Assembly (NCBI GenBank): GCA_964016885.1
Contig: OZ024740.1
Span: 270,072,001 to 270,136,000 of the forward strand
Origin: Eledone cirrhosa
Taxonomy: Eukaryota
Reading direction: 5' to 3'
DNA: 64,000 nt
In this document: positions 1 to 12,817 of the stretch, piece after piece
Layout of the letters: each line of letters begins with the position of its first letter
How positions within the stretch are numbered: the stretch's first letter is position 1
Position numbers and translations under genes: made by a program
Notes under the pieces: model-generated
Databases searched by the model: none
What the model was told of the DNA's origin: nothing
What the model saw: only the letters and a program-made list of their open reading frames with translations

Positions 1-544
1 ATTTGTTTAATCTGTATTTTCCTCCTCAGATAAAAATGTACTTTTAAAACGAATAAAACGAATGTTTAGTAAATACAAATTGAAAACATGTCCACTCGTT
101 AGTCTTCTACATAGAGGTAAGCGGACGGACTCTGACATTTTCTGATTTATTCTTCTTAATAAAATGATACAATATTTTTATTTTCCATAGAATTAAATGT
201 TATGGAGCCGATTTATTTTTGTCTAGGTACGTTCGTCTCGACCACTCGCAATAAAAATAAATTAATAATAATTATTATCATTAATATTATTTCTTTATTT
301 ACCACAATGATACAAACGTCATTAGTACGGAACAAGAACTAGATAAAACACAGTTTAGGGTGGATATGTGGTCGTGCAAAAGTAAACTTAAACATTGGAT
401 AACAGAAAATAACAAGAAAGAAAATGTCTCCAATCGAGTGAGTTATCTAGAAGCAACGAAATAACCCGCCGAAACATTGTTCATACTGACAACATAGAAC
501 AACTATCTCTTCTTAGCTATTTTTATCTCAGCCTACTGATGTAT

Positions 545-1520
545 ATTCTGAGTAGGTTCACTCAGTCTGGCCAGGATCGCAGTATTCACCCACCTTTCAT
601 TAAACTCCAAACTGTACTTCCTATCCAAGAAAATCTTAAAACAAGTCCATCAGGGTTTGCTCGAAAGAACGTGTCTTCAGTTCTTCCCGCTGTCTCCACC
701 TCCACCTCCTACGTTCTTTCACCATACTCAGGGAAATTGCCTGCACTTGCTGACCAAAGAAAAAGTGGTGGAAGAATGCCCTCGACCGACCTGGCTGATA
801 TCCGGATACGCCCCACATGCGACAACTGCTGTTCACTAAAAGTCTACAGATGAACACTGCACAGTTAATGAATAAGTGGGTGTAAAAATGTTTCGTCGTT
901 TTGTGTGCTTCTAGGATAGCCTCGCTTGTATTACTGGCATGTCAGAGATTATTGAAAATATAAAAGGTTTTCGGCCCCATCAATCAGTTAATATTCGTGG
1001 CGTCCAAATGTGCCCTAAAAAAGTAACACTCTTGTCCCCCAATCGTCCTCTACAGAATGACAACGCGAACCATCCACTGACCACATTACTCGAGTTGTAG
1101 AGAACCTGGCAAAATTCCAGGTGTCTAGGAATTTATGTAGATATGTCACCTTAATGTTGACCTTAGCCATGGAATAATGAGTCCTCTGTGTGTAGAGGAA
1201 GGTGATATCAGATGAATCATGTGACCAGCGGATGTGTCCCATCTAAAGATATGAAAAATAAGATAATCCGTTCACATGGCATCTAGGGAAAAGCACGGGG
1301 CTATGATGGCTATGTATGATGGAAGCAATGCACTTGTTTGCCACCTTTGCCTGATATTTCAGGGAATAGCTTTCATGGTATGATAAACTAATACGTCGTA
1401 CCCTCGTCTCATGTTCTATCCATCTGGAGTTTTGGACGTAACCTGACCACAAGCAACTCAGCAATTCCCTCTATCCAGCTCTTTACAATGCTATCCGATT
1501 GCGTGGATTTTCCTTCAAAA
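545..1520 (-). pseudogene. Highly decayed 3' part of a Tx1-clade LINE ORF2, related to the elements at 45-64 kb
   Basis: Minus-strand peptides match the intact ORF2: YSLKYQAKVANKCIASIIHSHHSPVLFP ~ LSLKGRAEVANTYIASVIYYRLTVVPCP, SMVKE ~ AMAKE, FNERWVNTAILARLSE ~ FYERWVKVARMARVNG. Many stops and frameshifts. Confidence 0.8.
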
Positions 1521-1735
1521 AACGGCAGCTTCACTGATGAATATTTTAATGGTTCAAAGATCATTTGGCCCTAATGGCGAACACGGGTCCCGATTATTAT
1601 GATCGAATACCAAGATGATCAATATCAAAACAATTGTCATATGCAATAAAGTTCATTTATAGTGCAATCTTCACTTCGTTCTTCCTTTTATATATATATA
1701 TATATATAGCATCTTTAATATTACTTTTTCTTGAC

Positions 1736-1781
1736 AGGCTGAATAAGTTGGGGTTCAGAGCCCAACGAAACTTAAGTACCT
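1736..1781 (+). ncRNA. Degenerate minimal type I hammerhead ribozyme in a ~110-bp insert between (TA)n tracts
   Basis: agg-CTGAATAA-gttggg..cccaac-GAAA-cttaag-TA-cct. Stems I and II and a palindromic stem III are present; the core deviates from CUGANGA. Confidence 0.55.
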
Positions 1782-4345
1782 CCTTATGGCAATGTTGTAA
1801 TTATTTTTAAATAAATATATATATATATGAGGGCAGAGAAAAAAGAATGCTCAATACCGGAGTAGAGTTAAAATATTCATTTTACTAAGGCTAAACAGTG
1901 GGTCTTGTTATTCTGGAGTTTCGCCTGTTTATCACAGGGTAATTGATGGCTATGAATATTTCTGTAATAACGATGTATACCTGTAACTTTAAAAATGAAA
2001 AGTATATAGCTAAACAACAGAATTTTACTGGTAAATATTTCAATGTGTTTGAAATTGTCTTGCTGCAGAAGAAAATCCGAAGCAAGTGTAGTTTCAGCTT
2101 GATTTTTATTAAGAGTTATCTTTTTATTTGCAAACCATGAACGGCCTGGAAAGTTATTTTTCTCATTTCACTTTGTAGCAAGACCATATATATTTTAAGT
2201 ATAATGATTTATGATATTGCTCAAGGGCCCAATATAATGTGGACGACAGAAATATGAAATACAAGAATGACAAAAAAATAACAGTGATAGATTCGCATCG
2301 AGTAAAAGGGTTAGAGAAATAATAAGAGTAAAAGCGCGTTAGACAATAGATTGCAATAACGAGTAATATCTTAATAAAGGGAGAAAATGAGGAAGAATCG
2401 TTAAAATAAAAGCACATATAGGGTGATTCGGAGAATGTGACATACAACCACAGTTTACCCTGACACTTCAAAAGTGTCTTCTAAAATTTATTTCCGCGAA
2501 TCGCATATTTAGCCATCTTTCATACGATTTACTAGAGAGTAGCACCCTCGTTATTTCTCTCAACTTCTTAGAGTTTTAATTGAAAACATTGCTCATGGTT
2601 GTATCTAACTGAAAGCTTTTGCTTATCAAACTCTTCAGCCACATCCACTACACGACCACTTCTGCTCTAGCCACAAAGCAACGGAAATCTAATCCCTTTT
2701 CGTTGTCAAATAAATGTATTTGTTGACCTACTAGATAAACTACACCGAGAGTCGAATTTATATCAGTTGTTCGGCATAATTTCACAAATCAGCAGTACAA
2801 ACTAATGTGCGTGTGTATGTTGTTACAAATCACTGTTAGAGTATGTTGTTGAAACTTCAACACAGCCACGTTTCTACAGTTTATCCTGTACATATAAAAC
2901 CACCCAGTAGCATTATCAGGTCAAAGTTTTGTTTTAGTTGTTTACAACCTCCTACATGAAAGTTCGTCAGAGTTACTCCACACTATTTTTTTTGCCGTTC
3001 AATATCGCACTTTGTAGAATGTGGTTTTGATTTTCCACCGATTAAATTGATCAAATATAAGTAGATTACAGTGAGCGAAAGGTAACATTCCAGATGCCAA
3101 AGACTAATCTTCCCTCTGCGCTTAATCCAGGACTGCAGCTTGGTCAAATAGACGGACTGCACAGAAATTTGTCATATGAATTGTGAACATTCTTCATCAT
3201 AGTCCAGAAATCAGAGGTGACAACCTTAGGGTTTGCCAGAGACACACCCGTCGTGACATCTTGAAACAATTTTATGTTAAACGTTGGCACATACTGAACC
3301 TTGGGAGGTTCAGTATGTGCCATTCAGACGTAGACACCCTTCCACAGACAACATCTAATAATCCTTTACAAAGCTTAGGTGAACCCACAATGGTGTTCTG
3401 TTCCCCTCTAGGATGACACCTCTGCTAGGTCATATCCAGACAGAAGCGGTTTTGCTAATTGATTAGGAATTATTCACTAAAACTCTCCAGCCTCTGTATT
3501 CTTCTGCCATTATTAGAATTGTCACTGATCCGTGGGACTTACTGCCTTCATGCCAGTTCCACTCAATCCTTCCAATTCATTCGTCTTTCTCTCATCTAGT
3601 GACGAACGTCTTAAACTCCACAGTAACCACTACAGCCAGTCTTTCTAGCCCGGAACATGGGTTCTGCGAAACGTACATAAACGTCAAATTAGAAACATTT
3701 TAAACTATAGGTAGCCTCAATCTCTAAATTATATCTTTCCTAAATAAACTGACTCGATTCAAAAGTGTTAGAGATGTGAATGTATCTATCATGTTCCCCA
3801 TGTTTAGGTCATCCATAAACGCGTAATCACTCATTGATTCACACGACTTAGAATGTTCGGCGTCTGCTACTAGTTGTATCAGACAGTCGTCAAGACATTA
3901 GTGAACGCGTAACAATAACGTTCGTAAGGCAAAACATTGTGTCGGTGATTTGCCCATTGTACAAACACTGAATACTTCGTTACATCATTTGTGGAAATCA
4001 GTCTGTGGCAGCACACGCTGACCTTGTCATAGAACCGAGACTAACTGTAGACAAGAACATCAAATTTCAGCCTCCAGTTCGTTCTTCCTTGACAAAATTT
4101 AAAACTGAATTAAGTTCAACAGCTGCAAAATCGGTGATTTGAATCCTATTTCCCGCTGCATTACACAGATGTTAAAGATAAATGTAGTTAGGTATACTGA
4201 GAATTTAATTTTTACTATGGAAAAGACAAATGTTTGTTTGATTTTGACTACACACTAGACAAATACTTCTATGCACATATATTTCAAAGGTAGCCACTGT
4301 TGTATAAGCACATAGATTCAAAGTAGTGGTCAATGCATATCAATC

Positions 4346-4426
4346 TCAAATATTTAAAAACCAATATCAGCTCAGGACCGGAATGTACGAGCTGATATTC
4401 GTTTTTCAATATTTGACTGAAAGTTT
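4346..4426. repeat. Small inverted-repeat (MITE-like) element
   Basis: tcaaatatttaaaaaccaatatcagctc ... gagctgatattcgtttttcaatatttga; ~28-bp imperfect arms. Confidence 0.55.
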
Positions 4427-4589
4427 CATAGGCTGACCAATATACTCTCATGGAATGACCAAATGAGGTTTATTTTTACCTTGAAGGAAACAATGCAGCT
4501 ATTAATAAGAAGAATTGAAATTAATGCATGCACAATTTCATAGCTCGGACATCAATCACTCCTTCATAGTCAGCCTATGAACTTTTCAG
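4427..4589. mobile_element. Tc1/mariner-like MITE remnant
   Basis: Terminal inverted repeats ctgaaagtttcataggctgac / gtcagcctatgaacttttcag around ~120 bp of non-coding sequence. The superfamily is inferred. Confidence 0.55.
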
Positions 4590-6364
4590 GCCATCCATGA
4601 AGATGGATGACTCTCAGTAATAAAAGACATTTTTTCGTTCTAGCTCTATACGTTAATATCATCGGAGTTGTGCGAATATCGGCGATTCCAATACATAAAA
4701 CGTATTTGTTCTAAACCAACTGAACAAGAGATGTTATTGATCCGCCAACAAGATTCTGTTAATATACATACTTTGAATATATTTTTTTATATATTTTGTG
4801 AGCAGTTAGAGCATATATGAATTTTCCCTCAAAATCCCTTCTGTGTGAAGGTGGGGTTTTGATGTAGGAGGTGGGGGTTTAACAGATCAAGATTCAATTG
4901 ATTCACAAGAGAAAGTTCATCGGCACTCGAAATATAAAGGAATTAATCTAATACCGCAGTGAATGTTGGCCCACCACTCTATACTTTGTGCCAATGAATC
5001 ACGAATTCGTATTTAAATGTCAACTAAAATTTTCGGGATTTGAACGATCGTTTCAGTTTCATGTCAGTTACCGTCGAGACCTCGGGGATCCTCGATCCAC
5101 GAAATTGCACTTTCATCTACAAAATCGGACGGAGAGTAGTTGAGGATGGGGTACCCTGAGAGAAAGTGGCTGATGTAGTGGTTATTACTAGATGTTCTCC
5201 ACGCCAATGCTTTGCCATTTTGTTTCACGGCTCGCAGCGGAGAATATCGCCTAGACTGCAGTGCTGAGGGTGCCTATCCCTGGCCCTTGTCTCTTAAACT
5301 CACTATTTAATTTACTTTTGTTTCACGTTCAGTTTGTATTTTAAAATTATGCAAACGTTGATGAATTGTGAAATGTTTACATCTTTTAAACCCTAAATTA
5401 AAATGTCACAAAAGAAATAGAATTGAAATTTCAAAACTATTATCAATAAACATTTTGAGCTGTGATTGTTGCTGTCGCAATATTGTCCCTTGTCAGCCTC
5501 AGCTTTTGATCAAAATTAATTCCGTCTCGATCATCGTATTTTTCAGGTATAACTAGGATTTGCTTTGGATGATGTATCCGTCCCATGTTTAAAACAGTAC
5601 GGTTATAATGTGAGAGATATTTGGCTGTTGTTTCTTAATGTGAGAGATATTTGGCTGTTGTTTCTAGTAAGTGAATCGCGTCAGCGCTACTCCTTTGATG
5701 CATTTCGTTTCGTGATTCATAATTCATTTAAACGAAAAGAATTACTTCGTAGGTCATATAATCTATACAAATATCATCACTCGGAACGAATGTCAAGTCA
5801 GTACTCAACTAACAGCATTTTATAAAGTTGCAGATTTAGAGCAAATGTGTCATATTCAATGAGTGATAAATGGTGTGTCCAGTTGAAAGATTTACCCCAT
5901 TTCGATGTAAAGAGTTGATAAATTTATCATTATATCTCTCGACAATAAGATTCCAATTTTAATACGGGATATAACAAAGATTTTACTATAGCATGCAGAA
6001 TTGTAACTACGTTTTTGTAATCATCTTGAATTATGATTATATTAACTTCATTGCGATTTGATGATAAAATCTAAAAAGAAAACAATTATTATTTAGTTCA
6101 AAGATTGTTGTTCTTTCATTTATTTGACAAATATATAACATCAATCAAAAAGTTATATTTTTTAATTTTAATTTTGAACTCAAGCCACTTATCGATTTTA
6201 CGCTTGTATGCACATATACTGAAGTACACGTACAGACATTACTGTGGAAGTACCGTAAGTAATGCTTTTCAAGTACCTATTGCTTTGTTGCTTTTCAATG
6301 TATATATGAAAATGTGTATATGTGCGCGCATACACACATACGCACGCAAATACACCCACCCATA

Positions 6365-6520
6365 GGCGGTGAATTCAATTCATCGACTCGTTAAAATCTT
6401 GGATGGGCTGCTTCACGTTATTCGTTCCGCCTCTCTGTGCTCTGAGTTCAAGCCCTGCCGATGTTAGCTTTGCCTTTCTTTGATCTATGTCCAGAAATAA
6501 AGTACCTGTCCAGTCTTGAG
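6365..6520 (+). mobile_element. Decayed tRNA-derived SINE
   Basis: ggcggtgaatt head; tctgagttcaagccctgccgatgttagctttgccttt...aataaagtacc resembles the SINE family at 23209, 23933 and 28847. Confidence 0.6.
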
Positions 6521-6585
6521 TTCCATTCCGCCTCTCTATGATATTCACACTTCCTCTTCTTTCTTCTTCCTCTATCTATCGCTCT

Positions 6586-6599
6586 CCCCTATCTCTCTC

Positions 6600-6697
<98 letters not shown>

Positions 6698-6712
6698 ATT
6701 CTCACTCTCTCT
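6586..6712. repeat. (CT)n microsatellite
   Basis: Directly visible. Confidence 0.95.
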
Positions 6713-7555
6713 ATCACACCGTCTCGTTCTTTCTGTCTTCATACTAGTATGCATATAAGCTCTGTCAGGTTTAAATGTATAGGTTACGTGATATATGAAA
6801 ACAATTATATTTCATTTGAAACTATTTCTGAAGACAATATTTCGTTTTTTCACTTTCAAAATGTACGGAAGTATCGTATCAGGAATCTAATTATCTATGG
6901 TGATAAAATCATTCTTATGACGTGTGGACCTTGGAATATCCGGCCATATATCCAATTATAAGATATAACCTGATGCAACTTATGAAACAATAAATAAATG
7001 ATATTTAGCATTGCAATGATTCCCAGCTCATATTCTATTAAATAGAAAAAGCAAAACTTATGCTCCACCATTGAAAGATAGATGACTCAAGATGAAGAAA
7101 ATATTAAATTTATACCCATAAAAGCCTTAAATATTCTGAACATTGCCATGTCAGCACCTTAGGATAAACAATGTTTTTTTGTTTTCTTTAATACCAGTAA
7201 GGGCATAAATACATAGACTGTCGGAGCTTAGAACTCATTACTATCTATCTATATACAACTAAAACGCTGTGATTGCTTGCTTGTCTGTAATGTAAGACAG
7301 TCAAAATGGCACATAATGGGAAAATACTTTGAAAAGAAGTTGGCTCTGAAATAGGAATACAAATGGAATAAAACAAGTTTCGGTAAATCGTAGCACGGGT
7401 TCCCGAGATGTGGGGTTTTCTGAGTAACTTCATAATTAGAGAGAGAGAAAGATAGAGAGAAAGAGATAGTGGTTGTGAGAGAGTAGATTGAAATAGAGAC
7501 ATAGAGAGAGGTAGGGGAGACAGAAAAGAGGGAGAGAGCTGGTGGTATTGTTGCG

Positions 7556-7680
<125 letters not shown>

Positions 7681-7734
7681 CTATGACCAGTGTATATAGA
7701 TCACAGACACCCACATATATACATACACACACAC

Positions 7735-8500
7735 AGCCGTTGCTCGCACCAACCTGAGGTATATGGCCTTTAATGCGACGAAATGCCAACGACGGTTGGA
7801 TGGCTACTGATGAGGACAAACTTTTTCATATGTAACCCATTTGCAGCGCCGCAGCTCCATTATTATCATATTTACACATATATATTTTTTCCTCCGCTGC
7901 CACCAGTCTGTTTTGTTCTTTGTGTCTTTACCCTTTCTAGCAGTCTCTCTCTCTCTGTTAGCCTCTTCCTCACCTTTCACTCACTCACTCTCTGTCACTA
8001 CCTCTCCTCCTCCCCTTTCTTCCCGTTTGACCTGTCCGTAATCCTTTTCTCGCGGGCACTTGGCCAAGCCGGTATGAATTTTTTTCTCTCTCTCTCGTCT
8101 GCGACTTCACAGAACTTATGTTTACCGAATTCACAGACCAGACCCCTTCTTCCTCCTGTTAGACCTGTGCGAAATTCCTTCCTTGCTCACATTTCAACCA
8201 GGTTTGATGGTCTTTATTCTCTCGTTCACGATTCCACCGAATTTATATTCATAGAAATCTGGGACTTGTTTCCTTCTTCATCACTTTCTGCTGCTTAAAC
8301 CATTTTGTTTGTTTACCCTAGCGTCCCATTTATTTACTTGTCCCAACGACTTTTTTTTAGCCGTTGCTCGCACCAACCTGAGGTATATGGCCTTTAATGC
8401 GACGAAATTCCTACGACGGTTGGATGGCCACTGATGAGGACAAACTTTTTCATATGTAACCCATTTGCAGCGCTGCAGCTCCATTATTATCATATTTACA
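7735..8500 (+). repeat. ~142-bp direct repeats (7735-7876, 8359-8500) flanking a CT-rich interior; pLTR/LTR-like non-autonomous element
   Basis: Both copies read agccgttgctcgcaccaacctgagg...ctgatgaggac...catatttaca and lie between TA/CA microsatellites. Confidence 0.7.
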
Positions 8501-8697
8501 TGAATATACACACACACATTTATACATATATATATACATACACACGCGTATATATATGGGCCTTCCAGTTTCATTTCACATTATATACATGTCTGTGTAT
8601 ATTTTAATCATTTGCAAATTATTTTAATGTGAACATGATTGTTAAAAATATTTTTAAGTGAACGTGACGCAACGGACGGTTCACGGATGGTCTATTC

Positions 8698-8990
8698 TTA
8701 CATAATATTGGCCGCAAGCAAATAGGATTGCTCAAGATTTATTCTAGCAACTATCAATATTTGCCACTGGGATTTATAGATTGACATATGCATGTTCATG
8801 TGTAATGAAAACTGAAGGTTTGTATATCGAAAGGCACATTTGTTGGTATGAGTGGAATGCTGTGTATTAGTACATCCTTTATTCTGACTAATAGTCGCTT
8901 CAATGAGATATGGCGTAAGCTTTTTGATCATCAATCTCGTGCCAATAAATAGCAGTGGCTGATCTACATTATAAGTCAATTGGTATTAAT
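8698..8990 (-). pseudogene. Helitron Pif1-type helicase C-terminal relic
   Basis: NVDQPLLFIGTRLMIKKLTPYLIEATI ~ Pif1/Helitron RNLDxPxLCNGTRLxVxxLxxxxIEATI. LQFSLHMNMHMSIYKSQWQILIVARINLEQ ~ QFPxxxAFAMTINKSQGQTLxxxGIxL. Confidence 0.75.
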
Positions 8991-9470
8991 TTGGTAAATA
9001 TCCTGTCTTCGTCTACCACGGTAACAAGAAATATTTAAGGGGAAATATTTATAAAGAAACATAAAGAAGATTCCAGCAGTCGCATGAAGGTGTAAGGCGT
9101 TTGGAAATGCACATATCTAAATCAAAGCATCGAAGGTATGGATATGTAAACAAAAACTAAATAACGACGGAAAAGGGAACCTAAAGAAATATGACGTCTT
9201 GTATCCCTGTTTGTTTGTTGTTGATTTGTGTTTTTCTTTTAATAAGACAAAATTCTGAAGTTGCTGGTAAAAGTTTATGAAGAGGAGAAAGTAGTAAGAA
9301 CAGAGAGAGAAAGCAAGAGAAGAAAATGGTTAGATAGTGTATTATGCCAGTTAAGAGGACACTCTCAGTTATTTAGCAGCTGACGGAAGGTATTAATAAA
9401 AAGAATTAAATAAATAGTATGTAAACTAAATGTTTGGTTTACATGGTTAATAAAATTCTGCCTACTTTCA

Positions 9471-9669
<199 letters not shown>

Positions 9670-10460
9670 GGACACGTATCATTTCTTTTATTCTTTACTC
9701 CGATTAAATATATCCGTAGTTATCAATGATTTCTTCTTAGTATATAAGGTCATACAATACAGGCTGCAAATACAATTATGTGATACGCATATTTATCCCT
9801 GAGGAGTTAGTGGTGTGTTGGAAATTAATTCGTTTTAACAGCGAATAAATGAATTAGTAAATTCCAGTTCCAATATATGGTCATCGATGTCAGAATTAGA
9901 GAAATGAACTTCTTGTCAGATTCATATTTGGAAATGAAACACACTAGGACTTGAAAGTCAATTCCACGCTTTGTTGCTTCCAGTTCAAATATACAGTAAC
10001 TACATAAAGAGAGAAACTATAAAAATATATGATAGAAATTTATGAAAAGCACGAAATTTCTGTACTCAATTCCAGTTAATATGTTTCTCTTTGAATCGCC
10101 GTGAAAATAATTTAGCCGTCCAATTGGATTCCTCAAAGAGTAATGAAAATTCCTGTGCAACATTGTATGATACTTTGATGTTTTTTTATAAAGTTCATCC
10201 GGTACTTTCAACGTGTTGACATTTCTTCCTGTATTTCATACATAAGCGTACGATTACTAAAAGACAACATGAATGATGTTTGAAATTGATAAATGAATAT
10301 AATAAGTTTTGGTTATTTAATTCGATTTACTGCGAAATATATGTAATGAAGTAGTATGAAATTATTAAAAACTGCTGTATAAAATAATTCTAAAATATAT
10401 GCGCCATTTAATCATATTTTGTATTCTTTCACAAACTTCATGTATTGAGTTTATATTATA

Positions 10461-11368
10461 CTAGCAGTGGTACCCAGCGTTGCACGGGATAAGGTATTTT
10501 GGAACGCGGGCCGCCTACAGACCTAATCGTGGAAAAACTGCATGACTGGACAATATGTAAAGAAAATAAACCGAATATTGTGATGGCTGGATAATCTTTA
10601 AGATGTTCTTCGATGAAGCAGAAAAAATGCAGGTTTTCACCTAATGCGGGCCCTAGGGGATCAAGAAAATGAATTTGTTTTATGTGCATAATATGCCTTG
10701 AAATTTCGGGAAAGCCGGCTAGACGTAACGCCTCAAAAAAGCCCAAGAAAGTTGAACAAATGAAGTTTTTCACCTAATGCGGGCCCCAGGCCATAAAAAA
10801 GTTGGATTTTCTTTGCTAACGGCATGAAAAAGAGACTGACTAATACATAGTTACAATTTCAAGGAAATCAGTCTGACGTAACGACTCAAAAAATGCCTAA
10901 AAACCTGAAAAACGCAGTTTTTCAACTAATGCGGGCCCTGGAGGATCAAAAAGTTGGATTTTTATGTGCATAACACTCCCTGAAACATAAGAAATACACA
11001 TGTAAAGTTTGAAAAAAGTCGGTTGGGTACTTCTTGAGTTTTAGGGATTCAAACTCACAAACACACACACACACAGACAGACATCCTCAGGGAAGTGACG
11101 TAATGCAGACACACACACACACAGACAGATAGTATAAGGGCGCGTGGTTATATGTTATCTAAAAAGAGAAAGACTAAGAATTATAGAGAGAGATCGCTAA
11201 ATCGCCTAATGCGGTCCGTAGGGCATTGATTGAAAATTCTGTGCTCAGAACACTCCCTGAAACATAAGTATTACATGTGTAAAGTTTGAAAACAGTCGGT
11301 TGGGTGGTTCTCGAGTTTTAGGGATTCAAACTCACACACACAGACATTCTATGTTTTATATATATAGA
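10461..11368 (-). mobile_element. Non-autonomous Helitron
   Basis: The minus strand starts A|TCTATATATATAAAA and ends with the hairpin cccgtgcaacgctggg followed by CTAG|T. Internal repeats: tttca(c/a)ctaatgcgggccc x3, and an ~90-bp duplication at 10973/11250. Confidence 0.85.
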
Positions 11369-11556
11369 TATCCTTATTAAACCAGTGTATCGTGATTACC
11401 TGACCTTGGAGACATATTACGAAATCCTCCATTACGTGCAACTACTGTTCTGAAAAAAATGCGGGTCGGTTTATCATTTTTGTAAATTAAATGAAAATAC
11501 ATATTAGTCAATGAATAACAACCTCGAAAGATTAAATCTATTGCAATTAATAAGCA

Positions 11557-11800
11557 GGCGCGTAGCTTAATGGTTAGAAAATTAGATTCGCAATCGTGAT
11601 GTTGCGAGTTCGATTCCGGCACCAAGTGATGCGTTATCTCATTCAGCGGGCATTTTATTTCATGCTGCTCTTTCTCTGTCAGGAGTTGCGACCGGTAGAT
11701 GGTATCAACAGTAGGGAGACCAATGGGAACATTGTTTCCTTGATCCAATTTGACGAGTCCCCCACCACCAATACCACTACTCGGTAAGCAAATGAGATCT
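11557..11800 (+). mobile_element. tRNA-headed SINE (second family), decayed
   Basis: A-box-like tagcttaatggttag and B-box gagttcgattcc, without a proper cloverleaf. The 3' boundary is approximate. Confidence 0.6.
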
Positions 11801-11917
11801 GGGATCTTGTCAATCGTTCTAAAATATACTTCTATTATAGTGTTTATAGATGATTTTCCTAAAAAAAAAAAAAATGTCAACACTGATAGTACATATTAGT
11901 AGGGGATATTTCAAATC

Positions 11918-12105
11918 AATAATAATTGTTTCTACTTTTGGCACAAGGCCAGCAATTAACCAGTGCATTACTGGTACTTTATTTTATCGACACCATAATA
12001 TAAAAGGCAAAGTTAATCTCTGCGGGATTTGAACTCAGAATAGCAAGGGCCGTAACTCTATGCGTCAAAGCATGGCGCCCGACCCTCTACCGATACTGGC
12101 AAATC
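11918..12105 (-). mobile_element. tRNA-derived SINE
   Basis: Reverse complement of the family consensus gagttcaaatcccgc.gaggttaactttgcc...gtcgataaaataaagtaccagtaatgcactgg..aattgctggccttgtgcc.aaagtagaaacaattatt. Confidence 0.85.
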
Positions 12106-12246
12106 AATAATTGTAATTGGACACCCGATGAACAGGTTTTAGAGTCCAATTTTAATTCGGTTATTCTTTGATTCCCAGTTATTTGACATGGGCTGCTAAC
12201 GCCTTTGAGAGGCACTAGCCCATCTCTCTCTCTCTCTCTCTCTCCC

Positions 12247-12317
<71 letters not shown>

Positions 12318-12391
12318 GAGGTTATATTTAATTTGTTGGGATTCAACAAGCTTAATAAAGTTAACTGATATAGTTTACTGGAGTAAATATT

Positions 12392-12710
12392 CAATATATT
12401 AATAAATGGAAACTATATTTATAAAACCATAATTATTTTATTATATATATTTCATGGGCAACCAAGGTATCCTTGATGCGCTTTCAGCAGATAAAATACA
12501 AGATTTGCTTCATAAATATTGACATACCCTTAGAAAACAACCTTCGACTTTTCAACCGTCAAGGTTGTTTTCTAAGAGTATGTCAATATTTATGAAACAA
12601 ATCTTGTATTTTATCAGATGAAAGCGCACCAAGAATACCATTGGTTGCTCTTGAAATATATATAAGAAAATAATTATGGTTTTATAAATATAGTTTCCAT
12701 TTATTAATAT

Positions 12711-12714
<4 letters not shown>
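12392..12714. repeat. Fold-back palindrome, ~155-bp arms, each carrying a hammerhead motif (12436-12496 -, 12609-12670 +)
   Basis: The arms are near-perfect reverse complements around a ~9-nt loop. Consensus: ttttat-CTGATGA-stem II-GAAA-tatata-TA-ataaaa. A partial third copy lies at 12742-12817. Confidence 0.85.
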
Positions 12715-12746
<32 letters not shown>

Positions 12747-12817
12747 ATATTAATAAATGGAAACTATGTCTATAAAACCATAATTATTTAATTATATATA
12801 TTTCAAGAGCAACCAAT

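Noticed and set aside
2500-4050. Possible very old LINE RT remnant on the + strand
   Set aside because: Only faint motif echoes (e.g. KLFSHIHYT); cannot be supported by eye.
11557-11625. Possible tRNA gene
   Set aside because: A and B boxes are present, but the stems are poor and it continues into a SINE-like body.
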